Positions 28,801-43,800 of a stretch of DNA of 64,000 nt are shown piece by piece (position 1 is the stretch's first letter; each line of letters opens with the position of its first letter). This DNA comes from Phoronis australis (Eukaryota > Animalia > Phoronida), in assembly GCA_002633005.1 (NCBI GenBank), contig NMRA01000197.1, positions 169,351-233,350 on the forward strand, written 5' to 3'. Below the pieces are notes generated by a model that saw nothing but the letters and a program-made list of their open reading frames with translations, made no database searches and was not told the DNA's origin. The translations under genes and the position numbers were made by a program.

Positions 28801-31800
28801 TATGTACCTTAAAGTCTAATTATCTGTACGATTCCATAGATTTCATGATCTTTCGAATAAAACCAGTGAAAATTCACCGATATTTTTATTCTGTCGTCTG
28901 CTAAATTTCGCCAAATGAAAAATAGGTCACAACTGGTGAACTCCTGCAGTAAAGTAGGTCATAGATTACAGACAACACATGCACTATAGTCTCTGACTAG
29001 GTCGACTCGATAGCACTGTTTACGCTTTTCTAATCTTGTAACGAAATATTTTGATCAAAAAATTCAGGTTCATAGCTCAGGTACACACTCATCTCGTCCT
29101 AGGCAAACAGTTAGCTCCGGTAGGTCTAACGCTGTGTCTAAGTCAAATTAATGTCTGGAATTCAGTGGCGGATCTAAGATACCACAGGGGGACCCAACAT
29201 ATGTTGCCTCGTGGGATTGGGCAAAGTGCGAATGTATGTGCACAGGCGGCCCGAAAGTTGCAGGGGCCAGGGATGTAGACCGGTGGACCTTCTGTTCAGA
29301 AAATCTATCGGTGGACTAAAAAAAACAGGAACACGATTCCGCCGTGATCTGGGGTCTGAGCCCCCCTCTTCCGCTACCGGTCCTAGTTACTGAACTCAAT
29401 ATTTCCTCACGCTTCACGCTCTTGCTGTTTCATTTTGCTTGCGGCAGCCAAGGGGGGGGGGGGCTGCGGCCCCTGTCCCCCCCTAAATCCGCCTATGGAG
29501 TTGTCCGTTTGCACCATTAAGTAACTTGGCATTTTTTTGTTGTTTCATTCCATAAAGGTAGCTTTCATTTAATTTTGATGGTAGCATGATCACTAAGTCG
29601 TGGTATGGTTACTAGAGATTACAAGTCTGGTGTGGTAGTTGCAAAAATGGGGTATTTACAAAAATAACTCAATTTCTTTTTTAAAGCTTCATAAATCTAA
29701 ATATCATGTTTGAACAACTTCAAAATAAGCTCTCTCTAACTGTACGGACATAGTGTATATTAGAGGTACACGTCAAAAAGTAATTCAACAGTTTACTGTT
29801 AGTGATAACAGCTCGACCAAGGCTTTGAGTTCCGGCAGTAATCCAGTGCCCTTCCCTGTGCCGATCGAATCTCTGAATTTTGACCGGGAGAGAAGTTCAG
29901 TTGAACGCCAGGCTACGGTTTATGAATAACAAAAATGTATCTCTGATACGAAACAAAATAATGTCCATTAGGTTGAAATAAATTTAAAAAAAAAACATAA
30001 AATAAAAATGTCCTTGAAAACAACAATTTCCAGGGACTACCGCTAGTGTGCTGAGATCCAGCAGGTGCCGAGACAAAGGCGGCCAGATGTAGGAAACTCG
30101 GGAGTCAAAATCTGAGATAGCCCTGCACCATAGCCACCAAGCTGAAAAGTGCGTATCTTGGAACTAATATATTTGTGTTTATTATAGCCTTCGAGTTATC
30201 AAGCAACATCGCTAAGTTCAGCTGCTCGTGTGGCCGTACAGTTTGATCCATAGTTTACGCTTTTCAACATCATTTTTCGGCTTAGGACATGCCAAAAATG
30301 ACGGGATATTATTCTGGAGCAGCATAATGGCTACACACGCCATATCAACACCGTTTCCCCATTCTTAGCGGACAATTTCTTGATCAGCTATAGACTAAAG
30401 TAAGTTTTACTCGACTACGTGTGGTTTGTCGGGTAAAATGGCGGCTTGGAAAGGCAGACGAAGGTGTGCCAAGAATGCTGCGTTCTGATTGGTCAATTAA
30501 GCCGTCCGTCATAATCCTGGCGATAGGTCAATTCAGACAGCATGACGCATTTCAACATGAGACGGCAATGCACTAAGATACCATCAAGATCTATTCTGAT
30601 GCAAACTATACGACTGAAGGTAAAAGGACGTGCAATAAAAGCAGGTATAAATTTGTGTTTTGCAAAATAATTTTATGTCTTGAACCATTTACTGCTATAA
30701 AACAAGTCTAAGCTTGTTCCTAACTCAAGAGAAAGTAGTTTGTGGGCTTGGAAAGAACTGACATTTTGTCATTCTTTAAGACCGTCTGCTCGGCATATAA
30801 AATCATCTGCTGCGACATCCTGTTGAGTATGGTCTAAAGCAATAATGATCTGTCACTTCTTTCCAAACCTACAAATCACCTCGGAAATTGTGAGGAACAG
30901 GTTGAAAACAATTTCATAACTGTAAGTGATACCGGTCAACAGGTACAGTGGTATAGGTCAACAGGTACAGTGGTATAGGTCAACAGGTACAGTGGTATAG
31001 GTCAACAGGTACAGTGGTACAGGTCAACAGGTACAGTGGTACAGGTCAACAGGCAGCTTTTTGATGGAAAGCGGGTTTATAGCACAATCCAAATTCCCTA
31101 CAACAGTGAAAACATATTTGTAGCACATATCAAACAAAGATTTTGAGCACTGCTTTCAAATATAATATCTCAAGACAGCTACTGACATTTAATACACAAT
31201 CAATAATGCTTACCCATTCAATCCGACCCAGATTCCTAAGTTCATCAAAATCGTCATCAGTAGAGTTGTCCACATACTGGAAAAGAACATGCAAATCTGT
31301 GAGAAAGATAAACATTGTTTATTTTTCACTCAAATAAATTATGGAGAAAACATTTAGTTCCTAACACTGAAAAACCCAAATTTTATACACTACAGTGTTC
31401 TCCTCAACAAAAAACTCAAACTTGACTGGAATTACAAAATTTATGTATGTGTTCAAAAATCCATGTGATGAGTTTATGTGCTAAGTCTTGAAATAAATAC
31501 ATTGTCCACAAAGTCACCCGATTTGCTTAAGAAATGGCTAATCTCCAAAATTTTCTAACTCGTTGCATATTTGGTTTTCAAACTAAACGCAAGTAAGCCA
31601 AACTTGTCAAGGCATAATTTAAACTCCACGCAATGTGACAAGTCAATACAGGTTGTGGGGAACACTGAACTACTAATGGCTTGTGCACTTACACAAGAAA
31701 TAATGCAAAACAGGCTTGTAGGACTCATCAGAACTGAGAAGAGATCCAATGAGCACCTACCATAAATATATAAAGTGACATAATGCGCTAGTTAGAAGAG

Positions 31801-34800
31801 ATACTGGCCAGCAAGTATGTGAACAACCTTAACATGTAAACATTGACTCAGGTGGTAGAGTAAGTAAGTGGTCAATCTATAATTTATACATCAAAGACTC
31901 TTTTCAATGACCTTCATTGCATATGTTCAACAAGATGAAATGTTTCTGGCTAAAGGCAGACCTTCTGATGTTATTTAGGTACAAGCATGTCCACGTTTTC
32001 ACTTAAATCAACTGTGTGTTCAGCACTTTACAGACTTCAATATGTTAAGCAGATTTCCTTTTTAATGATTTACTGCAGTATAACCAAGAGTCTGAAATGT
32101 TGTAACACTCAACAAATATTAACAATAATGGGGGGCTTGTTTCATAATGGCATAGACTTAAGTCAGAAATTTGGTCACATGCTCCACACAGCTATTTTTG
32201 AAAAATAATTAAATATCATTTAAGGTTATCTCAAACCCTATTCACCAAAACAGGCCATTTTTATATTTCACGTGTGTCTCTTAAAATAACTTATCTTCAT
32301 TCTCGGGGAACCTCAAATACAAAATATATACCACGTAATGAGGAAAAAGATTTAGCAGAACCACCTTGGAACCGCACAACCACATGGATAGTTTACTACT
32401 TATCCGAGGTCAAAGGTTACAAGGCTGGCACTCAAATCGAATCTCACGCCAGGTACAGAGCAGCTTCGGATGAACCCTCAGTCCTTTCATTCACCAAGTC
32501 GTCATAATATTGAGTCAACGAGGTGTACTTATGATAGAACGGTGCCAGGGAAAACAATGACAAAAGTTCGTAGTTTTGATCCTGAGGCAGTTGTGCATCT
32601 ACATGCATATGATCCCTGAGAACGAAGGCTATGAGTCGCCTCATGCCTCTGTGGCCATGAACACAGCAAGTTGTGAAAGAGATAAATCCTCACCCAAATT
32701 CCGTAACTCATAAGAACATTGATATTTTGCTGTTTTGATCTCATGCTAACGACATGCTTTAACCACTGACTCAATTTTTGTTATTTCTTTCTTACTTGGT
32801 TTCATATCAGTCTCCCAGCAAGTGATGTGTACAGACTATGTGTATGAACTGTGACCTACTTAAAAGCAACAGTAACAGTTGATCTCACCTCATGGCTGGG
32901 GATGGTACGTTTTAATGATAATTAAGTTAATTACGCACTGCAAAATTAATTCAGTAGACATTGCGAGTGAACGTTGAAACAGGAACATGGTTAAGGCATG
33001 TATAGGTTATAATTGCTGAAAACAAGTTTTCACTGAATAATTAACTGAAAACTTTGAGATTTTCACTTGTCCCAGTTTAATCGGCTTTTTCTCGGCTTCG
33101 GCAAATTGACTTTATTTGAACTAAGGAACACTAGTTCTTGAAAAGGGCTTCGTGAACTTCGCTGAAACTTTCCAAACTTATATTTATTCATCACTCTCAA
33201 AAACCCTGTTAGGATTTTTGATATAAAGGCCTAGTTTTTGCGTAATATAACAAAGATAAACACAACTTCTATTTTTTACAAGAATAACTCTTAAGTTTTG
33301 CGAGTTGATTTGTCATAGAAACCAAATGAAAAGACTAATCAAAAATTCTTCACAGCATTTTTGAGGTAACTGGTGAAGTTTTCATTTAAAAAAGTTATTT
33401 TGCTATGAATGTACCTTTCTTAAAAATGAAATTTTGACTTAAAAAGGTGTTAACGTAATAACAATAAGGGTGCATAAATAAAAAACATGTTTTTATATTC
33501 CCTTATCTTTTTTCTTTCTAGTTGACAACTGAAAGCTTAGTTTGTTGATATACGAGTTAGAATGAAGGCACTAAATAAGATTTGAGATAACCTTAATCAG
33601 TAATGCACAGCACCTGAGAAGATACACATAATAGTTACACGTAGGTACTGAGATGATTTCTATAACTTATTTCTAGACTGTAATGCGCTCATAACTACTT
33701 TGGTAAACTTTTATTCCTCAGGTGTGATGAGGGAGCGTAATAACACTAATGGACTCAAGTCAGACTCATAAAATGAGCCCCGGGAACAAATTGTGATATA
33801 AAAAAAATAATTGCAGGCGGTCTGGTACACGTTGCTCAGGCCACACATGTGGGCCCATTGCACTGATCACCTGGAAATATTTTTGTGCTTTATTAATATA
33901 TAGTTAAAACCGAACTGAAGAGCTAGAACCCTGACTCAAGGGTCTAGCAGTGTGGCTCAGTGGGACTTGAACCCACGACCTCGAGTAAGGAAGACGGGTA
34001 CCAATCACACTAGGCCACACTGACTCCTCTTACAAATTGTGACAAGTCGTCTATCAGTTGATCCAAATGTGCAGATACCTGAAAATTGATTTGAGGTGCA
34101 GCACTTTTTATAAAAAATTACCAAAAAATTACCATAGGAAGTATCTTTAAGACATTTTGAGAAACAGCGAAGGAGCACAACAGTTGTTCATTGCAGCTGG
34201 TATTACTAACAAGGTACTGAAGCTTTCTAGAAAAGATGTGAATAGTCAGCTACCTCTTTGTTGGCAGATATTTTCTCTAAGAATGTTAGAAGGTCGGCAG
34301 CCTCAGTCACCAATGCCCGACACACAGCTCTGTAGTGATCTGGGGCATCTTCCTGCCTCTGAAGATGGTCTGCACACATCTAGACATTGGAACAAGCTAT
34401 TAATCCAGCTGCATTTTGATTGCATGCACAGGCATACATGTTATCACATATTAAGGAAGGAACTACGGTACCGTACCGTATCCAAGTTTAGGTCCTAAAA
34501 ACAAATGTTTCTGTGTTATCAAGGTATGCAAGAGTCCTGCTACAACAAGTAACTACTTTAAAGGCACATTTTGACTTTGCATCCGAAAAATAATATTTTG
34601 AGATTATTGTTGAAGTTTGACCAGTGTTATTAAGCAATAAAATCACTTGTTATTGTGACTTTATTCACAAATTACCAATTCTTGTCTTCACCAACATCAA
34701 GGCTATACAATTTCAATACATTTAAAGTACGATTCCGCACTACTGATAATTGCTGTGAAATTATTTTCTAGACAAGAATATCCCTTTAAACATCAAACAG

Positions 34801-37800
34801 ATGGATGAATCTATTGCGCAACAAAAAAGTTGAAACTTTCCCGTAGGTCTTACCTGCATCACCTCAGCAGGTGTGATATTAGAAACGTCGTTCTCAAATC
34901 CTTCATCACCAGTCTGACTATCATCATCATCTGTACCCGTGGTCAGACATTCTATCAAGTCCTCCAGAGACTCACTCAGATTTCGCTCCTCGCTATCGTT
35001 CACTCCGTAATCTAGAGCACCGTACACCACACTGCCAATAGACCTGATCAGCTGAAAGTACGGTAAAACATATTCAGTTTAGTTTATATTAACTTGATAG
35101 CAAAAAAAATGGAAAAGTCAAATACCTTTTTGTGGTATTTCTCAAGAAAACTAAGTGTTGAGAAATTTTTACTATGTTGTTTTCATAGTTCCATTAGTGC
35201 ACAACTCACTTAAAAGGACACTGAACCAGATTTTGGCCTATTCACAGATACTAAAAACAACTTTGTCCAGCTCTCTTAAACAGTAACCCTTGACAACACT
35301 AAAACTTTGGATCAAAAATTGAAAACTTGTTATAAAGTCTGCTTAACTTGAAAGTGTGAGTAATGGTTAAGGTGAATTACATCACAACTATGAAAGACAA
35401 CCAACAAAGAACTGTGATATACAGACTAGAGACAGTGTTTTAGTTGTACTGTGCTATCAATCAAGTGGTACATTGGTGATGTCTTAACAGGGAACAGACT
35501 GAAACAGGATCGGTTGAAATGACAACAAGGTTTAATATCCTTTTGACAATTCTTTGTATATTCTTTATTTCCAACTGTAGAAGCCTTGCAAATTTGTTTT
35601 TGTTCCAAAGGAATTTCAATGTAAACAAAAGAACTCGATATGATTTTGTTATATCTGACCAGATACTGCAACAACAAAATGTAATGCATTAAGATGACCA
35701 CCATGGCAACCAAGTTGTGGAAATTGGGCAAATACCATTTAAAATTGTAACAACGGATTCCAGGATAGGATATGCCAATCGATAGTATAATATAGAGCAT
35801 TGCTATCAATTCAATTTGTGTAAGCTTGTGCATACTTCCAAATACAGCTGATATTAAGTGATGTGTCCATAACGGATAGCTAAAGTATCATCTCAGAGGT
35901 TCAAATTTTCTGAGTGAGATCTTTTATGACCAGACAGATCTGCAAGCAATCATTAACCCACAATTATTACGTAATCAAAATTGCCAATAGTAGTGTGATC
36001 AAAATGCTGGTCTTTCTAATTTGTGCTTTACAGCTACCAAATAGTTCAGTCAGAATTTAAGTGAACCTTCACCTGGACTGAATTTTAGTGAATATTCACT
36101 TGGATAGAATTTTAATGAACATTCACCTAGCAAAATCTCGCCAATTAGGACCCGAAGACTTGCAAGGGAAATTTATTGTCTGATTTTTTCATATAAATAT
36201 ATTTTAATGTTATACCACACCAAACTTCTACGCCTCAGCAACCACCACAGTAATTTAAAAAGTTCTGGGCATTCACAAAAATGTTAAAGACCTTAGAAAT
36301 AAAAAAGGGCAAATTTTCAATTACTTTTGTTCACAAGCAGAAATTTTACCATAGAGCACTCATTCTTGCGGTGACAAAATACACATTCACCTACCAAGAG
36401 CTTGCCTGCATCAAAACTTTATCAGGGTTCCCTACTGTTCACTTTAATTCAAAAACAAACAAATGCATAAACAACAGAGTTCAATGACATTAAATTCTGG
36501 TTGCCCTGTCAAACATGGGTCAAAGGCAATATTATCTACACAATACAGATGAGGGCAGTAGGGTTAGCGAAGAAGCAGAGCTATGAACTCAGCTGAGCTG
36601 CCGGCCTCAAGTGAAACCTAACTGACAATTTATGTCAAGATATGAAAATATGGCCACAACAAAATGAACAGACTACTACTTCATTCAATGAGCGACTCGG
36701 TATTGAACATAAGTCCCTCTTTTTAACGTTTGAATAGAATGAGAGCAGAAGGTAATTTCTCAGCACGAGGACATTCATATGATAAGGAACCCCAGTGATT
36801 TGCCTGTATGCTGATGATTTCTACGGGAGAGGTCCCTTACACCAGAAATTCAAGTTCTTCATTGTCCATGTCAGTCCTGACATGAGCTGCCGCTAACCTT
36901 CACTGGAGGTTGTCAGTGAGGCTTATAGCTCTCCCGCAATGGTCTCTGACCTCATATGACTAAAGCCAAACCCCCCTCATATGACTAATTAGCCCCCCCC
37001 CAAGCCAATGAATGAATGACCAATAAAATACTTGTATATTATTTACATTTTTTACTACTAAACACATCTACAGTATCAGTTGCATCAATTTTCAGTTTTG
37101 TTATTATACATGGGCAATAAATTATCAATCATGATGGCATGAAATAATACAGGTAGGATGCATCATTACAAGGACACACCCACAATAGGAATGGCTGAGT
37201 CATAATATAACACATTAAATGTGGGCATTGTGAAATTAAATAGATACAGAACTTCAGGTCATAGTTAGAAGCACAGATAATACATCTGGGTCATTGAGAA
37301 GTGTCATGTCTAAAAATGAATTTTGATTGTCCTTAGATAAACAGAGTCAAAATCCAAGTTGGGAACCCGGCTAGACAATTTCTACATTTTAGTTACATAT
37401 GTTAAAATGATATTCGGTAGTTAACTTTTCATAATAAAAGCAACGCAAGGCGTTGAAATGTGTTTCCCAACTGAATTGCAAATGGAATGCTTTTAGGGTT
37501 GTTAATTAGTATTATAAAACTGGCCACTAGGTGGCACAGTTCTGTTGAACACGTCTGAAAACAGCACGACCTCACTAATCATCTCTCTAGTAGGTACCTA
37601 ATTGCCAAATTTCATGAAAATCTTTCCAGGAACTCGAATGCAAACATAAAAGCAACATTGCCACTACATTGCATAGTAGAGGGATCCATCTGAAAGACAT
37701 TATGATATGCCGTCATGTTCACGAAGATTCAGCAAAGGAGCTTCGGTAATACAGCTGTCTTGCAAAAAATTACCACTGTGCCGCACCACAGTAGTTGGAA

Positions 37801-40800
37801 CATCCAAACATCACCGTCACATTCACTGTTGTCACTAACAAAACATTATTCACTGCTGTCACTAACAAAACATTGAATGACAAGTTTTTCTTAGTCATCC
37901 TTTGAATGAATGCAGAGACTGATGCCAAAAACAAACTAAAAAATGATAAAAATGGTCAATGCTGGTGGCCACTGTAGGTCTGATCTGTCTGAAAACATAA
38001 CATGTTGTTGTGTGCCAAATTTCCTGAAATACTGTTGAGGAACTCCGAAGTAACATGTTGTTGTGTGCCAAATTTCCTGAAATACTGTTGAGGAACTCTG
38101 AAGTAACATGTTGTTGTGTGCCAAATTTCCTGAAATACTGTTGAGGAACTCCGAAAAACATGTTGTTGTGTGCCAAATTTCCTGAAATACTGTTGAGGAA
38201 CTCTGAAGATAAAAGGGTAAATGTAACAAGATGTGCTACAAGATCGCAGCGTTATCCGTGACATCTGTCCGAAACTCATCGACATCCGTTGTCACACTTA
38301 CCAAGAACAATTCATTATAACAAAAATGGACAATAAATGCTGCAGAATACATCAAATTTGTTTGGAAAGAGAAAAGCTATAATGGTAGTCATCTTCTCAT
38401 TGGAAACCTATGTGCCAAATTTCATGAAAATATGTCTAGGAACTCTGATGATAAAGAGGTAAACACAAAAAAACTAAAATTGCTAATAGGGGGCACAGTG
38501 GTAGCTATATCCGTCGGAAAGTTGTCGTCATCTGTTGCCACAGTCCTAAAAGAACACTTGCCAAATTTCATGAAGATCCTGCAAATGGTTACCGAGATAC
38601 ATCACCAGAAACACTACAGTAGATGAATGTATCCGAAGATCAAGGATAAACATGATCTCAATCTTCTCAGGACTGCCAAATTTCATAATGAATCTTTGAG
38701 TGGCTTGGCACACAGAAAGGCGGATACCAAAAATCGGCTCGTAATAAAATCGCCACTACCATAGGGGTCTTTACAGAACATGTCAAATCGGGAAGACGTT
38801 GATAGAAAGCCATTTTCCAAATTTCATGAAAACCCAAGAAGGAACTCCAAACAACATATTAAAGCTATTTGCAAAAAACACCAAATTTGACTAGAAAATG
38901 CTCCGTGGCCTCGGCTTGACTGTTCAGTGCTACCTACAGTCTTGAGCGACAATAGGCAAAATTAACGACGATGATTGTGATGATGAAGGTGGCGATGATG
39001 AACAACATCATAACATTCATACGACAAACTTAGATGTCATCAATTAGTAAGAAATAAGCTACAGTCTTGTTCAAATAAACTAAACCAACAGCCCTGCACG
39101 TCGAAGAATGCGGCCTCTATGAGCAATGTCTTCATGGTCTTGTTCAATAGAAGCTAAACCAACATCAGTGCAGCAAGAGCCGTCAATAAAGGAACAGCGC
39201 TATCAGAAAATCTCGAATAATTAAAAAAGTAGACGTTGTAGCAAAAAAGGAAAATATCTTCTGAAAGCCCGTCAAAAACTCTATCTAGATTGATAGTTTT
39301 GCAACATTCCATAAATTTTTTGAAAAAATTGAAATTTTACGTTTTTCTGAAATTCAAAGTCAAATAACTCGAAAACGGTAAGTCTGAGAAAAACGTTATC
39401 ACAGAACTTTTGAAAGAGCAAACTTCAAGGAATCCACATGCAAAAATTCACGTCATTTGCTCTTCCCGTTAAAAATGCGACAGCAGAACGATTGAAAATG
39501 GGTGAAAATGCACCAGAGCCGCCATCTTGATAGTGACTTCTGGTTAAACAAAATTTTATAAAAGCTGATCAATAGCAACAAACACGTGACCAGTTTGATT
39601 GGTTCGCCAATGCACCCTCTACAGGAGAAAATGTTTTTGGCCAGATATCGAGGTGCGCATGCGTCATTGTCAATATTTCCGCCATCTTTAACCAGAAGTC
39701 AACGTTTTTCGGCACAGTTGTAGCACACGTGTTCTATAATAATCGTACCAAGTTTCAGCTCTGTACGTCAAAAAATGCGGCCTCTATGAGCATTTGAATG
39801 TGAAATCGGAAACAGACCACATACTTGGCGGAATTCTGGGAATTCCGCCAAGTAATGACACCTAGGGGACACAGCAGTAGTTGGATCCATCTAAAAGTCG
39901 TCATCAGTCATCAAAACAATAAGGAATGCATCTGTCAACTTTCACTGAAGATCTTCCTAGAGTAGCAGCTGCTGCCCATGCAGAGATGGCGGCAATATAC
40001 ACCCACATATGTTATTGTAGGCACATGGGTGCATAAAGTGTTGAATTTACCATCTAAGAAATTGAGCATGGATGTACCCAGAAGCATTAGTGAAGTCATC
40101 GGCTGAGGAATATTCCCATTGGAGTAATAGTAACCAGACACTATATGTATAACAGGAAATTTTCTAACAAAGCATCTCTCTCGTAAAGAACCTTCTTTTT
40201 TGCAAGTCTATTAAGTTTCCATCAATAATGTTCACGTTCAACACTAGTCATGCCTTACAGCATGCTTCAATCTACCGCAGACATTTTTCCTGATACTTCT
40301 TATAGGGGGTAAAGTAGTCACTTATCAGCGACCTGTTTGCGTTTCGCGGACCTAGTTTTCGCGCTCGTCCTTGGCCCTTTGTTGGGGAACTGGCGGAAAT
40401 CTTCGTGTCACATGGTCACCAGTGGGTGGTTGTCTAACACCACCTGGTGGCTGTTACTTGTGAGAAGGGGCTGATAAATAGCTAGAAATTCATATCCACT
40501 GTGTCTGTCTGTTCAATTTTGGTTTATTGCTCATGATTTCCACTGCTTCTCTGATATTACGATTTCAACATTTATTTTCTTTAAATAGTATCTTGCCTGT
40601 AGGTTTGCAAATGTTGGGTGATGTATCCATACGGTATTCTCTTCGAGCTATAGGGTTGTCAGATTACTTCGCCTAGGTGGGCACCTACCAGAAACCATTA
40701 ATACCCAGTCGAAATCATGAGCAATAAACTAAAATTGAACAGACTGAGACAGTGGATATTAATCACCAACTATTTATCAGTGCCTCAGTCCTCGCAAGTG

Positions 40801-43800
40801 GTAGCCATCAAGCGGCACTGGATAACCACCAAGGTCAACCCACTGGTGACCAAGCGACATGAAGATTCCTGCCGGTACTCCAACGAAGGGTGCACGCGGG
40901 CTCAAAAGCTAGGTTCGCAAACACAAGCAGGTCCCTGGTAGGTATATTCTATGACGCCAGCTATGAACATTCATTCTGTCCAGATACTTGTTTTGCAATT
41001 TTGAAAATGTAGGTGTTTATTTATATCATGTGACCACATTCTGATAGATTGGTGACACCTGGTGACTGCTTAATTAAACTTCCACATAATGATGAAGAAG
41101 GCCAGCTATTTTATTAGGGCTATGTAGAACCATAGAACACATCCAAATTTGGCAAACTTCGGAATATTATGTCTCGGAAAAAGCTCTCGGAAAAAGCTCT
41201 CGGAAAAAGCTAATCAGATTCATATGAAACTCTTGCAAACCATATAATAATTATATAGAGCTTTATATGTTGCTGACCAAAATGTCGTTAGGAATGTTCC
41301 GCTTTTGCATGAGGACTCTATCAATTACTTGAAAAAATTGATGTTACATAAAATGAAAATGACATATTTTTGAAAACTGTTTTTTATTTATATTGAATAA
41401 AATGTAAAATGTAAATGTTATTTCTACCAGTGACAGTCATCATGCTTTCCTCTTTAAATAAATTTTATGAAAAAGACACAATCACGTTATCCAAATTAAT
41501 AACAGACTAGTAAAAAGTCAAAATTCAAATTCTACAGGCTTTCTGCTTTTAAAGAATATATTTTACCTAGTCAAAATTTATTTTGTAGATATTTCCCTAG
41601 TGAATAGATAGCGGACCTGACAATAAGGTCCCATTTGACTGTTTTGATAGAGAACCTTAAATTTCTCTCACATACAGCAGTGCTGAGAACATTCAAATTT
41701 TCATTTGCCACTAAAATTCTTGCAAGTATAAATATTTAGAAAATGTTGGCATTTTACCTTTAAAATTGGACATGTTTTCCAACAAAAGTTAACTTGAATT
41801 CTCTAACATATGCGATATCATTTCCAAAACATAGTTAACATCAGACTACTGATGGGTAAAAATATACGCAGACAATAGTTCAAATTGATGAAAATAATTT
41901 TGAATTTACAACATTTATTAAACTTTCGAATTTGACTTCAAAACTTTCAACCATTGGCATTTTAAACCATTGTCACGGTCAACCAGAACTTTTACCATTT
42001 TTACCTACTGTCACACGGAAATGTATATTCATTGAATATTTGTAGCATGACAACCAGTACCAGCATTATTAAGCCTCTCACTGAACTGTTGGTACACCGG
42101 CAAGGACATACCCGGGTAGTTGAAGTGAGACTGACAGCTTGTACTTCCAGAGACCTCAACAGTCTGTAATGTCCTCAGTTTACCATAACCTGTTTTGACT
42201 CACTGTCATAATGGGTTTGAATTTTGCCACCTATTTTGAGAGAAGCTGCAGTAGAAGAATTTGTGCGTCCTATGGACTGAAACACTTCAAACAGGAGAGT
42301 TGGGATGATAGCAGGAAACTGACTCAAATGACCCAGCCCTCTGGGAACTTGATCATCAAACGTTAGTTACTGTCGCGTTACAAACACAGTTCGTAATAAT
42401 CCAGACATAATTTTCAACTGTTCAGCAGACAAATATTGCAGTTATCAAGCCCACAAGCTTATTTAAGTATGGTGATTGTAATACTGAAGTCATCTAATGT
42501 CACTGATTGTGATGTAGAAAAAATTAGGGAATCAAAAATATTGGCAGTCCATACTGATTATCTAGTAAATGACATATGGCATGAAATCACAGCTCACCAT
42601 AACTCAAGGCCCTTCCCCACACAGTAACTTTGCCACTACCAAATGTTAACTGTGATTTTAAAAGTAAAAAGTTGAGCATTAGTGTTCCCATTAGCTTCAG
42701 AGTTCAGCAAAGTTATCACAAGACAGTGCTAATATGACCATTGGTCACATGCCTTAGTCTTTTTGACAGTCTGTATGGCAAGGACCTCTCTCCCTCTCCC
42801 CAAATGGAAACAAGAACATCAGTTTCATTGGTTGCCACGTTGGGACAATGGCAATGTAGTAGAAAATGACATTTGAAAAAATTAACTGCTGAGCAGGCTA
42901 ACAGCTGATCCAGACAAAGGTGGTGTGGAGTGGAGGGAAGTGGGAACTCGTTTTGAATGCACTTTACGTTCACTGATTTTTTTTAACATAAAGAATCCAG
43001 CAAATACATTTGATAAATGGAAAAAATACAAAAACTTCCAAAACAATATTTATTAGAACAACTATAGTGATAATTAGTAACCAGTCGCTGCCCACTGTTG
43101 GCAAACACATGCATGACCCCTGCTGATAACTACGATGGCATCGAAGCTAAGAGTTCCCATTGTAGCGAAGTCCCAATGCTTCGTTGTTAAATCCACCAAT
43201 TTTGAAGTGTACTCGCCCTGTTAAACTCGATTCAAGATTGAAGTTAAGTGTTGCCATTGACCGAAGCTTCCACAACACGAAAGCTTCGAAGCCAGGGGGG
43301 AAAGGCCAGAACACAGTTTGAGTTGGAGTGGACAAAGCCATGAAAAAGATGTGGGAGAAACCACAATGAACACAAATACTTTTTGTTTTCTCTAGTGAAA
43401 AGAATGTTCTTATCTCCTAAGTTATAACTTTAGACAAGCCATAAAGCGTTTTCATGAGAACTAAGACCAATCGATTGAAATATGGTTACCAGTGACTATT
43501 GCCGGGATGGCACCTGGCTCTATACTCATTTTGTGCAAATTTATGGAAATCATGAAAGTGTCGTTGAACTAGCAACTAAGTTGACCATGAATGCATCATT
43601 TTGTTGAACAGGCCTCAAGTTGAAAACTGATTTTGGAGTCTAGAAATGAGTTAAAAATTTTGTATCCCATAAATCTATTAGATGAAAATAACACCACAAC
43701 CAACACGTTCGGGTTAACGTCCATGCTCAGTTAACCGCCCACCCCCTACTTTAGGTGGATTTTCGATTTAACCGCCCACTGCTCGGTTAAGCGCCCCCCT

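Larger units (their letters stand above)
37436..40037 (-). mobile_element. Older, diverged copy of the 5668-7279 HINE family in reverse orientation
   Basis: GCAACGCAAGGCGTTGAAATG (37440) is the reverse complement of the 3' hairpin end and TGGGTGCATAAA (40026) of the 5' end. Many CCAAATTTCATGAA cores; 37515-37625 mirrors 5930-6040. Confidence 0.7.

Noticed and set aside
33950-34027. Possible tRNA gene
   Set aside because: A and B boxes are present but there are no proper acceptor or anticodon stems, and it is attached to a repeated body, so it is treated as a SINE head.
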